The notes under the pieces: generated by a model
Told to the model about the DNA's origin: nothing
Databases searched by the model: none
The model's input: the letters and a program-made list of their open reading frames with translations, nothing else
Made by a program: the position numbers and the translations under genes
Shown here: positions 48,866 to 58,294 of the stretch, piece by piece
How positions within the stretch are numbered: position 1 is the stretch's first letter
Layout: every line of letters begins with the position of its first letter
Assembly (NCBI GenBank): GCA_024998755.1
Contig: JACEUU010000002.1
Location: 76,783 to 140,782 of the forward strand
From: Vampirovibrio sp.
Lineage (GTDB): Bacteria > Cyanobacteriota > Vampirovibrionia > Vampirovibrionales > JAJTHC01
Length of the DNA: 64,000 bases
Direction of reading: 5' to 3'

Positions 48866-50142
48866 AATTTAACGCAAACTCACCCGACCGCTACAACGAC
48901 TTCAAAAAAGCTGTGGTTACAGATTTAGACGATACGTTATTACCCAAACGCGAAGGTGAAACTGGCAAACTAACACCCTACTTACCTAAAACAACGCAAG
49001 ATTATTTATCAATTGAAAACAATTCTTTTCCTGCCAATGTAGCATTGATTGGCTCTACAGGTAGAACGGCAGAGTCTGCTGGTAAATTAGCCAAACAAAT
49101 TGGGAAAGAAACGCTTAATAGTGTTCGCCCATTGGATGGGTTAATGGTGCTAAACGGGGCGTCTCTCTACTTGAATGCAGACAAAGACCATAATGGAGCC
49201 CCCTACCCCAATGCAGATTTTTTCCAGAAAGTAGGCAAGCATCAACTACCCGCTTTCATACCTTACAATACCTATTTAAAAGAAAAAAACACTTCCGAAA
49301 ATGCTGAAGTTTGGGCTTCCACTGAATTAGTAAACAAGGTATGCCAGTGGCTGGTAAAGTCTGCAGATAAGAAAAACCTTACTTTTGAAGAAATTGAGAA
49401 AGAAACGCCTGTATTTTCTGAAATTGCTGAGAACATCAAACAAAACAGAAGCGACGCCCCAGAAATTATTCGGTTATTGATAGCAACGGTTGTTCGTCCA
49501 GCTGACAGTAAAGAGGATGTATCCCATCAATTTACGATAATTTTCTTTAGCGATGGGGATGAAGACATTGACCCCAAACCAATGATTATAGCCCTACCAG
49601 CCAATAATGAGGAAAACACCCTTTATAAAACTAACGATTTTGAACGAATAGAAGCATCCGTATTATCCGCTTTTAAGAAGTTTACGGTGGGCTATGATGA
49701 AACCGAAGGTGCTTACCCTCAAGCCGAAGTGGGATTAAACCAAAAACGAACGCCCCTTAAAAATAATAAGCACTATGGAATGGCAAACCTCACCAACCGT
49801 TCTTACATTGAAGCCACACCTTACAATAAAAGCCAAGCCGTTGCAGCTTTATTGGCAACTTTATTACCCAATGTAGTGCGGGTTGTAACAGCGGGCGATG
49901 CAGACAACGACTTGAAAGCTTTATTGTCATCAAACTACTCCATCAATGAAGGCCGAATCGTTCCCAATAGCGGGGTAGCCATCAAGTTACTAAAGGGTAA
50001 AAATTTATCATTTTTAGAAAAACTAGGGTTGACTGAAGATTCAGATATAGATGGTTATAGCGATGACCGACCCCATATCCAGCTACAAGTTCCTGAAACG
50101 TGGGCTGAAGGCATTCAAAAAGCGTTAGAAATAGAAGCCTAA
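48862..50142 (+). CDS. HAD-superfamily (subfamily IIB / Cof-like) hydrolase with a large cap insertion.
   Basis: Motif I VVTDLDDTLL and motif IV TAGDADNDLKAL. Its GTG start overlaps the upstream TGA stop (GTGA). Confidence 0.55.
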   Translation: MKFNANSPDRYNDFKKAVVTDLDDTLLPKREGETGKLTPYLPKTTQDYLSIENNSFPANVALIGSTGRTAESAGKLAKQIGKETLNSVRPLDGLMVLNGASLYLNADKDHNGAPYPNADFFQKVGKHQLPAFIPYNTYLKEKNTSENAEVWASTELVNKVCQWLVKSADKKNLTFEEIEKETPVFSEIAENIKQNRSDAPEIIRLLIATVVRPADSKEDVSHQFTIIFFSDGDEDIDPKPMIIALPANNEENTLYKTNDFERIEASVLSAFKKFTVGYDETEGAYPQAEVGLNQKRTPLKNNKHYGMANLTNRSYIEATPYNKSQAVAALLATLLPNVVRVVTAGDADNDLKALLSSNYSINEGRIVPNSGVAIKLLKGKNLSFLEKLGLTEDSDIDGYSDDRPHIQLQVPETWAEGIQKALEIEA

Positions 50143-50181
50143 CCCATGATTTTATCAATCGCTTGGGGTAAATTGCATTCG

Positions 50182-51012
50182 CTATTTTCGATAAATTGAA
50201 ATCAATGGTAAGCTAGGGGCTTTTTCTTTGATGAGCTGTTCAATATGATCCGCTTCCGTTTCGGAAATGGTTCGTAATTGTTGACTTTTCACTAGCGGTT
50301 CACTGTGGTTACCGCGTGAATCTACCACCCATTCCATCGGGTACGGACGCTTAGGCGTGTTCAGCTGAACTTCATCAGGAGCAATTCTAGCAATTAAACT
50401 GGTTAAGGCATCCACATCTTCCGTATTGGTGGGCATAAACATACATTGCAACGAAAGTTTGCCTTTGTACACCTGCCGAAATGCTTCAATACCGCTAATA
50501 ATCCCCTCAAGAGAAATACCCTCAACAGGTCTATTCATCCGCTGAAGGACGCTATCGGTTGCAGCATCTAGCTTGCACGCTACTTGGTCTGCTAGCCTTA
50601 AATCTTGTTGAACGGCAGGATCGTTTAACAAGGTGGCGTTGGTTAACACCATTACGGGCTTGCCAGTATAGTCTTTTATAAACCGAATCACTTCCCCTAA
50701 GTTCAACGCTAAAGTGGGTTCGCCATTACCGCTTAGGGTAATAATATCGGCTTTTTCCCAATCGCTTAAGCGTAAGTCTCGTTCCAATTTATCGGTAGAA
50801 ACATATATAGCCCGAGTGGCGGTTTTTAGCTGAATATCGCCTAATTGGCAGTAAACGCAATTAAATGAGCAAGTAGAAGTATTCAACAATAAATCTATCC
50901 CAAGAGACCACCCTAACCGCCATGAATGGACTGGTCCGTAAACGGAAGACTCAAACCCTCCGTTGGATGCGGGTTTTTCAGCATTTTGAATGCTATCTGC
51001 AATGGTCATCAT
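50182..51012 (-). CDS. Radical SAM protein.
   Basis: CSFNCVYC (CxxxCxxC) and a GNGEPTL glycine-rich SAM motif. The real start ATGATG is at 51012; the track ORF extends artefactually across the tRNA. Confidence 0.6.
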   Translation of the reverse strand: MMTIADSIQNAEKPASNGGFESSVYGPVHSWRLGWSLGIDLLLNTSTCSFNCVYCQLGDIQLKTATRAIYVSTDKLERDLRLSDWEKADIITLSGNGEPTLALNLGEVIRFIKDYTGKPVMVLTNATLLNDPAVQQDLRLADQVACKLDAATDSVLQRMNRPVEGISLEGIISGIEAFRQVYKGKLSLQCMFMPTNTEDVDALTSLIARIAPDEVQLNTPKRPYPMEWVVDSRGNHSEPLVKSQQLRTISETEADHIEQLIKEKAPSLPLISIYRK

Positions 51013-51071
51013 GAAAGAAAACGTGCTTTCGTTTAGGTAGACAGAAACGGCACAAAATAAAAAGGGCGTTA

Positions 51072-51148
51072 CTACCAATGATGGGGCGGCTGATGGGAAT
51101 TGAACCCACGAATGCCGGTACCACAAACCGGAGCCTTAACCACTTGGC
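51072..51148 (-). tRNA. tRNA-His (anticodon GTG) with an encoded G-1 and the CCA end.
   Basis: Cloverleaf folded by eye: G-1 plus a 7-bp acceptor stem, anticodon arm ccggt-TTGTGGT-accgg, T-arm gtggg-TTCAATT-cccat, discriminator C and CCA. The 3' half resembles E. coli tRNA-His. Confidence 0.8.
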
Positions 51149-51397
51149 TACAACCGCCACATCGTTGATAGTAACGCTCAACACCTTTATTTATAACCAA
51201 AACATGGTAGGCGTGCAAGTGTTTTTTGAAATTATCCCAAAGTTTCCTGAATTTTATGATGTTGTTGTCTCTATGGCAGTCTTCTGCTTGAAGCTTAAGC
51301 ATTTCTAGGGTAAAGTTTTATAAGCGTTATTTTATTTTCCCATACTTATTTCCCGTATTAACGTGTTTCTTATTCTAACTGGCACGTTAACAGCATA

Positions 51398-52669
51398 ATG
51401 GCGACCTTTTTTCCTATGATGATGCCCAGCACAACAACTTCTATCCCTTCTGCTACAACTACATTTAAAGGCTTGCCAGAACCAGCCAAACAAACTGGTC
51501 AACTACCCCTTTATGTATTTGCCCAACTGAGCGTTCTAAAACAAGCCGTAAAAGAGTCTGGCATTTCTTTGGTAGATTTAGGTATGGGCAACCCAGACCA
51601 ACCCACACCAAGCTTAATTGTTGATGCGATGGCAGAAGCGGTTCGTTTACCAGCGAACCATTTTTACCCAGATTTTGATGGGAAGGCCTCATTTCGGCAA
51701 GCTATTGCCAGCTTTATGCACCGCAGGCATAAAATTGAAGGCTTAAACCCTGATACGCAAGTGCAACCCCTTATTGGGTCAAAAGAGGGGATAGCTAACC
51801 TAATTTTGGGATATTTAGATGCCGATAGCGTTTGCCTTGTGCCTTCCCTGTATTATCCTGTTTATATGCGGGCTACTACCATTGTGAATGGTACGCCTTA
51901 TTATATGCCGTTGCTTGAAGAAAACGACTTTTTGCCAGATTTAGACGCCATTCCCGCCGATGTGTTGGCAAAATCCAAAATGTTATTACTAAACTATCCG
52001 AATAATCCTACTGGGCGGGAAGCTCCTCGGTGGTTTTATGAAAAAGCAGTCGCTTTTGCTAGGCAACATGGGTTGGTTTTAGTGAGCGATTTAGCTTACG
52101 GCGAAATTGCTTACGATGGCTTCAAACCACTATCAATCTTTGAAATTGAAGGAGCAATGGATGTTGCCATTGAATTCCATTCGTTTTCAAAAACCTTTAA
52201 CATGGCGGGTTTTAGACTAGGTTTTGCTATTGGTAATGCTGCTATCATTAAGGTGTTATACAAAGCAAAAACAACTATTGATTACGGCGTTTGCAATGCC
52301 ATTCAAGATGGCGGTACGGTAGCACTCAACAATGCGGAAAGCCTCGTACCCCCTATTGTAACTGAATATCAAAAACGCAGAGATTATTTAGTGCCTCAAC
52401 TCAAAGCATTGGGCTGGGATTGCACATTACCTAAAGGTGGTTTTTATCTTTGGTTGAAAGTACCGCCGTGTTTTGACGGGTCTTCTTATGCGTGGGTAGA
52501 ATTTTTAATGAAACGCACGGGCGTTGTAGTAACTCCTGGTTTGGCGTTTGGTAAAGATGGCGACAATTACTTCCGTGTTTCCTTGGTTTCGCCAGTTGAA
52601 ACCTTGAAAGAAGCAATTAAAAGACTTTGCGAAGTGGATATTCATTACGATATGCCCTTACCCGTCTAA
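51398..52669 (+). CDS. PLP-dependent class I/II aminotransferase (LL-DAP, alanine or aspartate aminotransferase family).
   Basis: NYPNNPTG and SFSKTFNMAGFRLG (lysine and arginine motifs). An alternative ATGATGATG start is at 51416. Confidence 0.65.
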   Translation: MATFFPMMMPSTTTSIPSATTTFKGLPEPAKQTGQLPLYVFAQLSVLKQAVKESGISLVDLGMGNPDQPTPSLIVDAMAEAVRLPANHFYPDFDGKASFRQAIASFMHRRHKIEGLNPDTQVQPLIGSKEGIANLILGYLDADSVCLVPSLYYPVYMRATTIVNGTPYYMPLLEENDFLPDLDAIPADVLAKSKMLLLNYPNNPTGREAPRWFYEKAVAFARQHGLVLVSDLAYGEIAYDGFKPLSIFEIEGAMDVAIEFHSFSKTFNMAGFRLGFAIGNAAIIKVLYKAKTTIDYGVCNAIQDGGTVALNNAESLVPPIVTEYQKRRDYLVPQLKALGWDCTLPKGGFYLWLKVPPCFDGSSYAWVEFLMKRTGVVVTPGLAFGKDGDNYFRVSLVSPVETLKEAIKRLCEVDIHYDMPLPV

Positions 52670-52690
52670 AAAAAAGAAACCTGCTTCAAA

Positions 52691-53212
52691 ATGCTGATTC
52701 ACCCCCCCCATACCCAGCACCCCCTATCTATTTGGTTAGCAGCTAAAAACATTCAATTGCTAGCGACTGATGTTGATGGCGTTTTAACGCCTAGCACCAT
52801 TATTTGGGATGCGAATCGAACTGAACAAAAAGTGTTTAATGTGAAAGATGGCTTGGGCTTGCGTCGCATACGGAAAATTGGCGTGAAAACAGCGATTATT
52901 ACCGGCAGACAAAGCGATATTGTTGATTTGCGAGGTGCGGAATTGGATTTCGATTTTATTTACCAAGCAGTCCCTGATAAATCGGTGGTGTTGGATGAGT
53001 TATTGGCGAAAACAGGTTTAACCCTTGCAAAAGTGGCTTATATGGGTGATGATTTGCCTGATTTACCCGTGCTTAAGCGTGTGGGTTTAGCGGTTTGCCC
53101 TGCAGATGCTCCGTTGGAAGTACAACGCCATTGCCATTGGGTGGCACCCTTAGCAGGGGGTGAAGGGTGTATGCGGGCGTTGGTGGATTTGATTCAATCC
53201 GCCCAAGGTTAG
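52691..53212 (+). CDS. kdsC: 3-deoxy-D-manno-octulosonate 8-phosphate phosphatase (HAD-IIIA).
   Basis: DVDGVLT motif I, GDDLPDL motif III and a size of ~173 aa. Confidence 0.7.
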   Translation: MLIHPPHTQHPLSIWLAAKNIQLLATDVDGVLTPSTIIWDANRTEQKVFNVKDGLGLRRIRKIGVKTAIITGRQSDIVDLRGAELDFDFIYQAVPDKSVVLDELLAKTGLTLAKVAYMGDDLPDLPVLKRVGLAVCPADAPLEVQRHCHWVAPLAGGEGCMRALVDLIQSAQG

Positions 53213-53270
53213 TAAGTTCAATAACGGTTGTGATATGATGATATCATCCAGTTTAGCTTTTTAATAAAGG

Positions 53271-54458
53271 ATGCAGATCACGTTGGGAAATACCACCTTA
53301 TTAAACCGTGTTTTACCTTGGGAAACGCTTTCAGCCATTGTTCAAGGCGAATCTGTTGTTGATTTATCGACCATGCCCATACGGTCTGCCCAAGAAGCGT
53401 ATCGCTTTGTACAGGGCTATGGGTATGATTTACATAACCCTGCGGATGCACAAGATGTTAAGCACTTGCTTCATCAAGTCTTTCATTTTATGGAAACTTC
53501 GTTACTGCGTCCTCGTGTAGGGGAAACAGAATTTTCTGAACTACGACTAGCTATTCCTGAAGGGCTCAAAAAACGGTGCGATGTCATTGAATTGCTTTTA
53601 TTAGCTTCCCAGCCCACTAAAAGCACTGCTAGCTTGTGGTCTTGTGCGTTTTTGAAGGTATTACATACGTTGGTTCATATTGAAAATGCCCCTAAAATTC
53701 AGTATGCCCATTTGGCTCAAGACCAAATTTGCAAGCAGTTTAAGGCATATTTGTATACAGAAAAATATACAGGTAGTTTGATGTTAGGCAACCCCAATGG
53801 GGGTTCTCAAAAACAGCTCAAGCTGGTAGCAGTTGATTTCAAAACAATGAAAAGCAGAGATAGCTTGCTGATTAAATTGCTTTCTAAAAAAACCAATATG
53901 ATGGATGAAATTGATGATTTAATTGGCTTTAGAATTGTAACGGAAACCCCTGCTGATGTGCTTTTAGCACTCGATATTTTGCAGGAAAACCAACAAATGG
54001 TGTTTACCAACATTAACGCCAACAGGTCGAGAAATTCGCTTATTCAGTTGGAAGATTTTAAGCAAATTTGGGAACTTTTTGCTCATCCTACGGATATTCA
54101 AGATTTATTGCCTACCCATATTCAAAGTTGGGATGAATTGGTAACCAATTTGAAGCAGTTAAGCCAATCGGAACAACCGTCTATTCCTAACCTCACGTTT
54201 CAGGCACATAACCCGATGAGTGCGTCTGATTATCGTTCGTTACACATTACTTGCCGGCATTTGTTGCGGTTGCGTAGGGTGGGCAGCACGAAGGATGAGC
54301 GGGTGTTTTTTCCGTTTGAATTGCAGTTTTTGGACAAGGAAACGTATCTAAAAAACCAAGAGGGTGATACGGCTCATACGCAGTATAAACACAGACAATT
54401 GGTGCGTAGCCGAAGGCGGGTATTGGGGGCCTTGTTGCCAAGGCATTTCCATAATTAA
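53271..54458 (+). CDS. RelA/SpoT-homolog (RSH) synthetase-fold nucleotidyltransferase of unknown function. It carries ~180-aa N-terminal and Arg-rich C-terminal extensions.
   Basis: G-loop-like KTMKSRDSLLIKLLSKK, then DLIGFRIVTETPADVLLALDIL (compare RelA DLxAxRII..DCY) and a downstream E-L-Q motif (compare EIQIRT). Confidence 0.5.
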   Translation: MQITLGNTTLLNRVLPWETLSAIVQGESVVDLSTMPIRSAQEAYRFVQGYGYDLHNPADAQDVKHLLHQVFHFMETSLLRPRVGETEFSELRLAIPEGLKKRCDVIELLLLASQPTKSTASLWSCAFLKVLHTLVHIENAPKIQYAHLAQDQICKQFKAYLYTEKYTGSLMLGNPNGGSQKQLKLVAVDFKTMKSRDSLLIKLLSKKTNMMDEIDDLIGFRIVTETPADVLLALDILQENQQMVFTNINANRSRNSLIQLEDFKQIWELFAHPTDIQDLLPTHIQSWDELVTNLKQLSQSEQPSIPNLTFQAHNPMSASDYRSLHITCRHLLRLRRVGSTKDERVFFPFELQFLDKETYLKNQEGDTAHTQYKHRQLVRSRRRVLGALLPRHFHN

Positions 54459-54475
54459 TATCAATTAAACGATTA

Positions 54476-54567
54476 AATAGCGTCATGTTGAGCGAAAGCA
54501 AAACATCTCCTGTACTTGTCTTTGGGGATTCTTCACATTCGTTCAGGATGACAAAACACCCTATTTA
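54476..54567. repeat. Family-2 palindromic element (cgtcatgttgagcg ... ggatgacaaaacaccctattt).
   Basis: Shares the termini and internal gattc core with 17133-17217 and 28697-28773. Confidence 0.5.
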
Positions 54568-54571
54568 AATT

Positions 54572-55870
54572 TTAATTGATAGGTGGCTTTAAATATTTCT
54601 TGCCCAACAACGCTTCGGGCATAAAGGTTTGAGGCACGTCAGGGGCATCATGCGAATAAACGTACCCAGCCCCATGCCCTAAGGTTTTCGCCCCCGAACA
54701 ATGCCCAGACCGCAAATGGAGCGGCACAGGGAACGCCTTGCCACCCGTGGTAACATCCGCCAACGCTGCATCCAACGCCTTATAAGTCGCATTGCTTTTA
54801 GGGGCTTTCGCCACATACGCCGTAACCATCGCCAACGGAATACGGGCTTCAGGCATACCCAGTTGTTCGACGGCTTGTAAGGCGTGCGAAGCCAACACAA
54901 AGGCTTGAGGGTCTGCCAACCCAACATCTTCCGCCGAACAAACCAACAACCGCCTAGCAATAAACCGAGGGTCTTCACCGCCAGCTATCATTTTCGCAAG
55001 CCAGTAGAGTGCCGCATCAGCATCAGACCCCCGAAGGCTTTTTTGAAACGCCGAAGCGTGGTCAAAATGGTCGTCTGCCCCTTTGTCATACGAAAGTCGT
55101 GTTTGGTGCTGGGCTAAGGTTTGAAAGACTTCCAACGTTAGTAATATTTCCGTCCCTTTTTCTGATTTTTCAACCCGAGGAGCCACCCAAAAGCCTGCCT
55201 CTAATAACGTCAACAACGCCCTTGCATCGCCATTAGCGTACTGCACCAAAAATTCTAGGGCATCTTTTTGCAGCAGACAAGTGCCTTGGTTGGCAGCATT
55301 TAAGGTGTGGAGCGATTTCTTCACCAGCTGACGCAAATTTTCGGTGGATAAAGCTTCCAGCTTAAATAACAATACCCGAGAAAGGAGGGCTTTGTTGACC
55401 GAAAAATAAGGGTTTTCCGTGGTGGCACCCAATAGTACGAACGTCCCTACTTCCACATGGGGGAGTAACGCATCCTGCTGAGATTTGGAAAATCGGTGGA
55501 TTTCATCGAGGAATAAAACCGTGCGTTGTTGCTGGTATGCCAAGCGTTGGGTGGCATCTTCCACGCAAGCCCGAATCTCCTTGACGCCGGCGGTAACGGC
55601 ACTGAGCGAAACCCAAAAATAACCTGATTTTTGCGATAAAAGCCGAGCCAGCGTGGTTTTTCCCACCCCTGGTGGCCCCCATAGAATGAGGGAGCGTAAT
55701 TGCCCTGAATTAGCCAGTTGCCGTAGCGGAGCGGTTTCTCCGTGTAGGAGGGATTCTTGCCCCAACACATCTGCTAGGGTTTTGGGGCGTAGCAAATCTG
55801 CCAGCGGTCGAGCAGTGAGGGAACAATCATCCGTGGCGGCTTGGGTTTGCTGGTAGCTAAATAAATCCAT
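54572..55870 (-). CDS. rarA: Recombination factor RarA/MgsA (AAA+ ATPase).
   Basis: Walker A GPPGVGKTT, sensor motifs and the MgsA C-terminal domain, ~430 aa. Confidence 0.8.
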   Translation of the reverse strand: MDLFSYQQTQAATDDCSLTARPLADLLRPKTLADVLGQESLLHGETAPLRQLANSGQLRSLILWGPPGVGKTTLARLLSQKSGYFWVSLSAVTAGVKEIRACVEDATQRLAYQQQRTVLFLDEIHRFSKSQQDALLPHVEVGTFVLLGATTENPYFSVNKALLSRVLLFKLEALSTENLRQLVKKSLHTLNAANQGTCLLQKDALEFLVQYANGDARALLTLLEAGFWVAPRVEKSEKGTEILLTLEVFQTLAQHQTRLSYDKGADDHFDHASAFQKSLRGSDADAALYWLAKMIAGGEDPRFIARRLLVCSAEDVGLADPQAFVLASHALQAVEQLGMPEARIPLAMVTAYVAKAPKSNATYKALDAALADVTTGGKAFPVPLHLRSGHCSGAKTLGHGAGYVYSHDAPDVPQTFMPEALLGKKYLKPPIN

Positions 55871-55948
55871 GGGGTGGTGTAAGCTTTATCGTTTTTTTTG
55901 AGAAGCATTTAACCTTTAGTCTACTACAAACAGGTCAAGTCATTTTAA

Positions 55949-56497
55949 TTAGGACAGATGCTTCTTTTTCTTTTTTGACGATTTGTTTTTTTTAGGGTCA
56001 TAGAACCATAAAAGGAGACTAAAAAAGCCCACCACAACGCTAGCCCCAACTACTAAACAGAAATCAAACAGAGCATCTTTCTCGCCTCCCTCTGTATAAG
56101 GATCTAAAAATGCGTGCAGGTTATCATCGCTAACGTAAACCGTAAAAGAAGCGTTGCTAGCAAACCTTGTTTTCAACATCGTTTCAGCTTCATCTTTTTC
56201 AATACGATGCCTAATAACTACTTTTGTTTTTTTGCAGGCTTGTATGGCATTAGACGTACCGTCAATTTTTAACACTACGCAAGGGTTATAATAAGTACGA
56301 GAATGTTTGCTACCAACCGTAATTTTGGATATAGACTCTCCTACTTTAGTGAATGAGGTAATTTGCTTAAAATACTTTGAGTCTTTTTCTAGGATATACT
56401 TTTGAAACAGTGTGTAGCTAAAGTAAATCAAAATAACCGCAAATAATGCAGACCATAAGAAGAATCCTTTAAAAACCATTTTCTCTGTTATTTTCAT
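55949..56497 (-). CDS. Small membrane protein (DUF3592-like: TM, beta domain, TM) with a poly-Lys tail.
   Basis: Hydrophobic segments at both ends and a KKKKKH C-terminus. Confidence 0.4.
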   Translation of the reverse strand: MKITEKMVFKGFFLWSALFAVILIYFSYTLFQKYILEKDSKYFKQITSFTKVGESISKITVGSKHSRTYYNPCVVLKIDGTSNAIQACKKTKVVIRHRIEKDEAETMLKTRFASNASFTVYVSDDNLHAFLDPYTEGGEKDALFDFCLVVGASVVVGFFSLLLWFYDPKKNKSSKKKKKHLS

Positions 56498-56513
56498 ACC
56501 TTCAAATCCTTCT

Positions 56514-57464
56514 TTAATACGCAGGGATTGCCCTTCGCACGAATGCCCGAAACTGCCAGTGGCGTTGGGTGATTTCCAACGTCAACCATTCATCATTCTT
56601 GGCAAAACTATGAAACGTGGGGCGGGCATAGGTTTCATTCTTCCTAGCACGGAAATTTTCCACAACCGTCAACTTCCCCCACTGCTGGTTATAAGTTGAA
56701 TACTGTTGCGTCGGCACTGGCACGGTCTCAAACCGCTTTTCCCCAGCAATAAAGGTTTTTTCATCAATAGGAATCACCGCCATCACCTTGCCCATGTTAA
56801 TGAGGATTAAGACATCAATCGGTTTCTGCATCGCCTTTTGCTGAGCCAAATTTTTCGGCTGATGGTTCTTCGCCTCACTCAACCCTTTGGGTTTATAAAT
56901 GGGCGATTCCACTTGCCGTGCCCCTGCCCCTTGCTTCATCGCTTGGGTTTGTTGGGCATTGCTTTTAGCTACATCCGCTTTCAGCTGATTCAAATTCGTG
57001 TTGAGTGAGCCATCTTGCCACTGCCCCAACTTCACTTGGTAAAACCCCTTAGGTACAATCGTCTTGCCTAGTTTAACATCCGTAACCAACATCCCTAACG
57101 CATAAGGCGTGTAATTATGACGAAGGTATTCGGCGGAAGCTTCTAAATCCAGATCTTCAAAATGGCGTTTGTCCGGCAACCAGTATTCTTGAATACGATC
57201 ACCTTCTTTAATACCCGACTTCATTTCGCTACTTTTTTCGTCTTTCCAGTCATACTTATACCCCAAGGTTCCCCTGTTATAGGGTTCATCTTCCCAAAAA
57301 TCGGGCTTTTGAAAAATCGGGTCGACTGCTTCATTATCTGTCGAAAAACAAACCCCTTGCCCCCAAACAATCATGCTAAAAAGCAGAAAAAATCCAGCCC
57401 CTAGCAACCGCCAGCTTGTGGCAGTTCGGCAGGTTTTCCGGTTAGTTGTTGCCGATTTTGCCAT
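56514..57464 (-). CDS. Hypothetical secreted protein.
   Basis: Signal-peptide-like N-terminus. The start is uncertain because the ORF overlaps the rpe 3' end by 64 nt. Confidence 0.4.
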   Translation of the reverse strand: MAKSATTNRKTCRTATSWRLLGAGFFLLFSMIVWGQGVCFSTDNEAVDPIFQKPDFWEDEPYNRGTLGYKYDWKDEKSSEMKSGIKEGDRIQEYWLPDKRHFEDLDLEASAEYLRHNYTPYALGMLVTDVKLGKTIVPKGFYQVKLGQWQDGSLNTNLNQLKADVAKSNAQQTQAMKQGAGARQVESPIYKPKGLSEAKNHQPKNLAQQKAMQKPIDVLILINMGKVMAVIPIDEKTFIAGEKRFETVPVPTQQYSTYNQQWGKLTVVENFRARKNETYARPTFHSFAKNDEWLTLEITQRHWQFRAFVRRAIPAY

Positions 57465-58204
57465 GCTATAGGCAATTCCTTGGTTAAAAACGGAATGGTG
57501 GGTTTGCTACCCTTCTTACTGCCTAGGGGTGAACGCAACTGGGCGATGGTTTCTGCAGGATTAGGGCTATTAAACACGGCAGAACCAGCCACCAACGTAT
57601 TAGCCCCCGCTTTTATAATATCGGTGCAATTTTGCACACCTACACCGCCATCCACTTGAATGTGGAGAGGGGCTAAGGCTGGGTTACGATGCGTTTGAAT
57701 CAACGCCGTCAGTTTTATAAGTTTTTCCAGCGTTTGTGGAATAAACGATTGTCCGCCAAAGCCTGGATTGACGCTCATTAGCAGAATTAAATCAACCTCG
57801 TTAATCACATCTTCCAACACGGAAACAGGAGTAGCAGGGTTGAGCGAAACACCCGCTAAACAACCCAACGCTTTAATGGCTTGAAGCGTGCGGTGCAAAT
57901 GGGGGCAAGCTTCCCAATGGACGGTTAATGTATCAGCACCCGCTTTGGCGAAGGCTTCAAGGTAGCGATCAGCGTTTTCAATCATTAAATGGACGTCAAA
58001 GGGCAAAGTGGTTTCCTTGCGAAGATGGGCAACAATAGGGGCTCCAAGCGTCATGTTGGGAACAAAATGTCCGTCCATTACATCCACATGAATCCAATCA
58101 GCTCCGTTGGCTTCAAGCTGTTTGAGTGCATCACCCAAATAGGCAAAATCTGCCGATAAAATGGAGGGAGCTATATAGATTGGCGTTGCAGAGGTGGCAA
58201 ACAT
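57401..58204 (-). CDS. rpe: Ribulose-phosphate 3-epimerase with a ~45-aa C-terminal extension.
   Basis: SILSADF, HVDVMDGHFVPN and the metal-binding His/Asp pattern. Confidence 0.75.
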   Translation of the reverse strand: MFATSATPIYIAPSILSADFAYLGDALKQLEANGADWIHVDVMDGHFVPNMTLGAPIVAHLRKETTLPFDVHLMIENADRYLEAFAKAGADTLTVHWEACPHLHRTLQAIKALGCLAGVSLNPATPVSVLEDVINEVDLILLMSVNPGFGGQSFIPQTLEKLIKLTALIQTHRNPALAPLHIQVDGGVGVQNCTDIIKAGANTLVAGSAVFNSPNPAETIAQLRSPLGSKKGSKPTIPFLTKELPIAWQNRQQLTGKPAELPQAGGC

Positions 58205-58294
58205 AGTGGAAACTTCCTGAAAGGTTTTGAAAAAAAGCTGAATATCATCTATAATACTACAAATTGCTACCAGTAGAAAGAATTAACAATTTAT

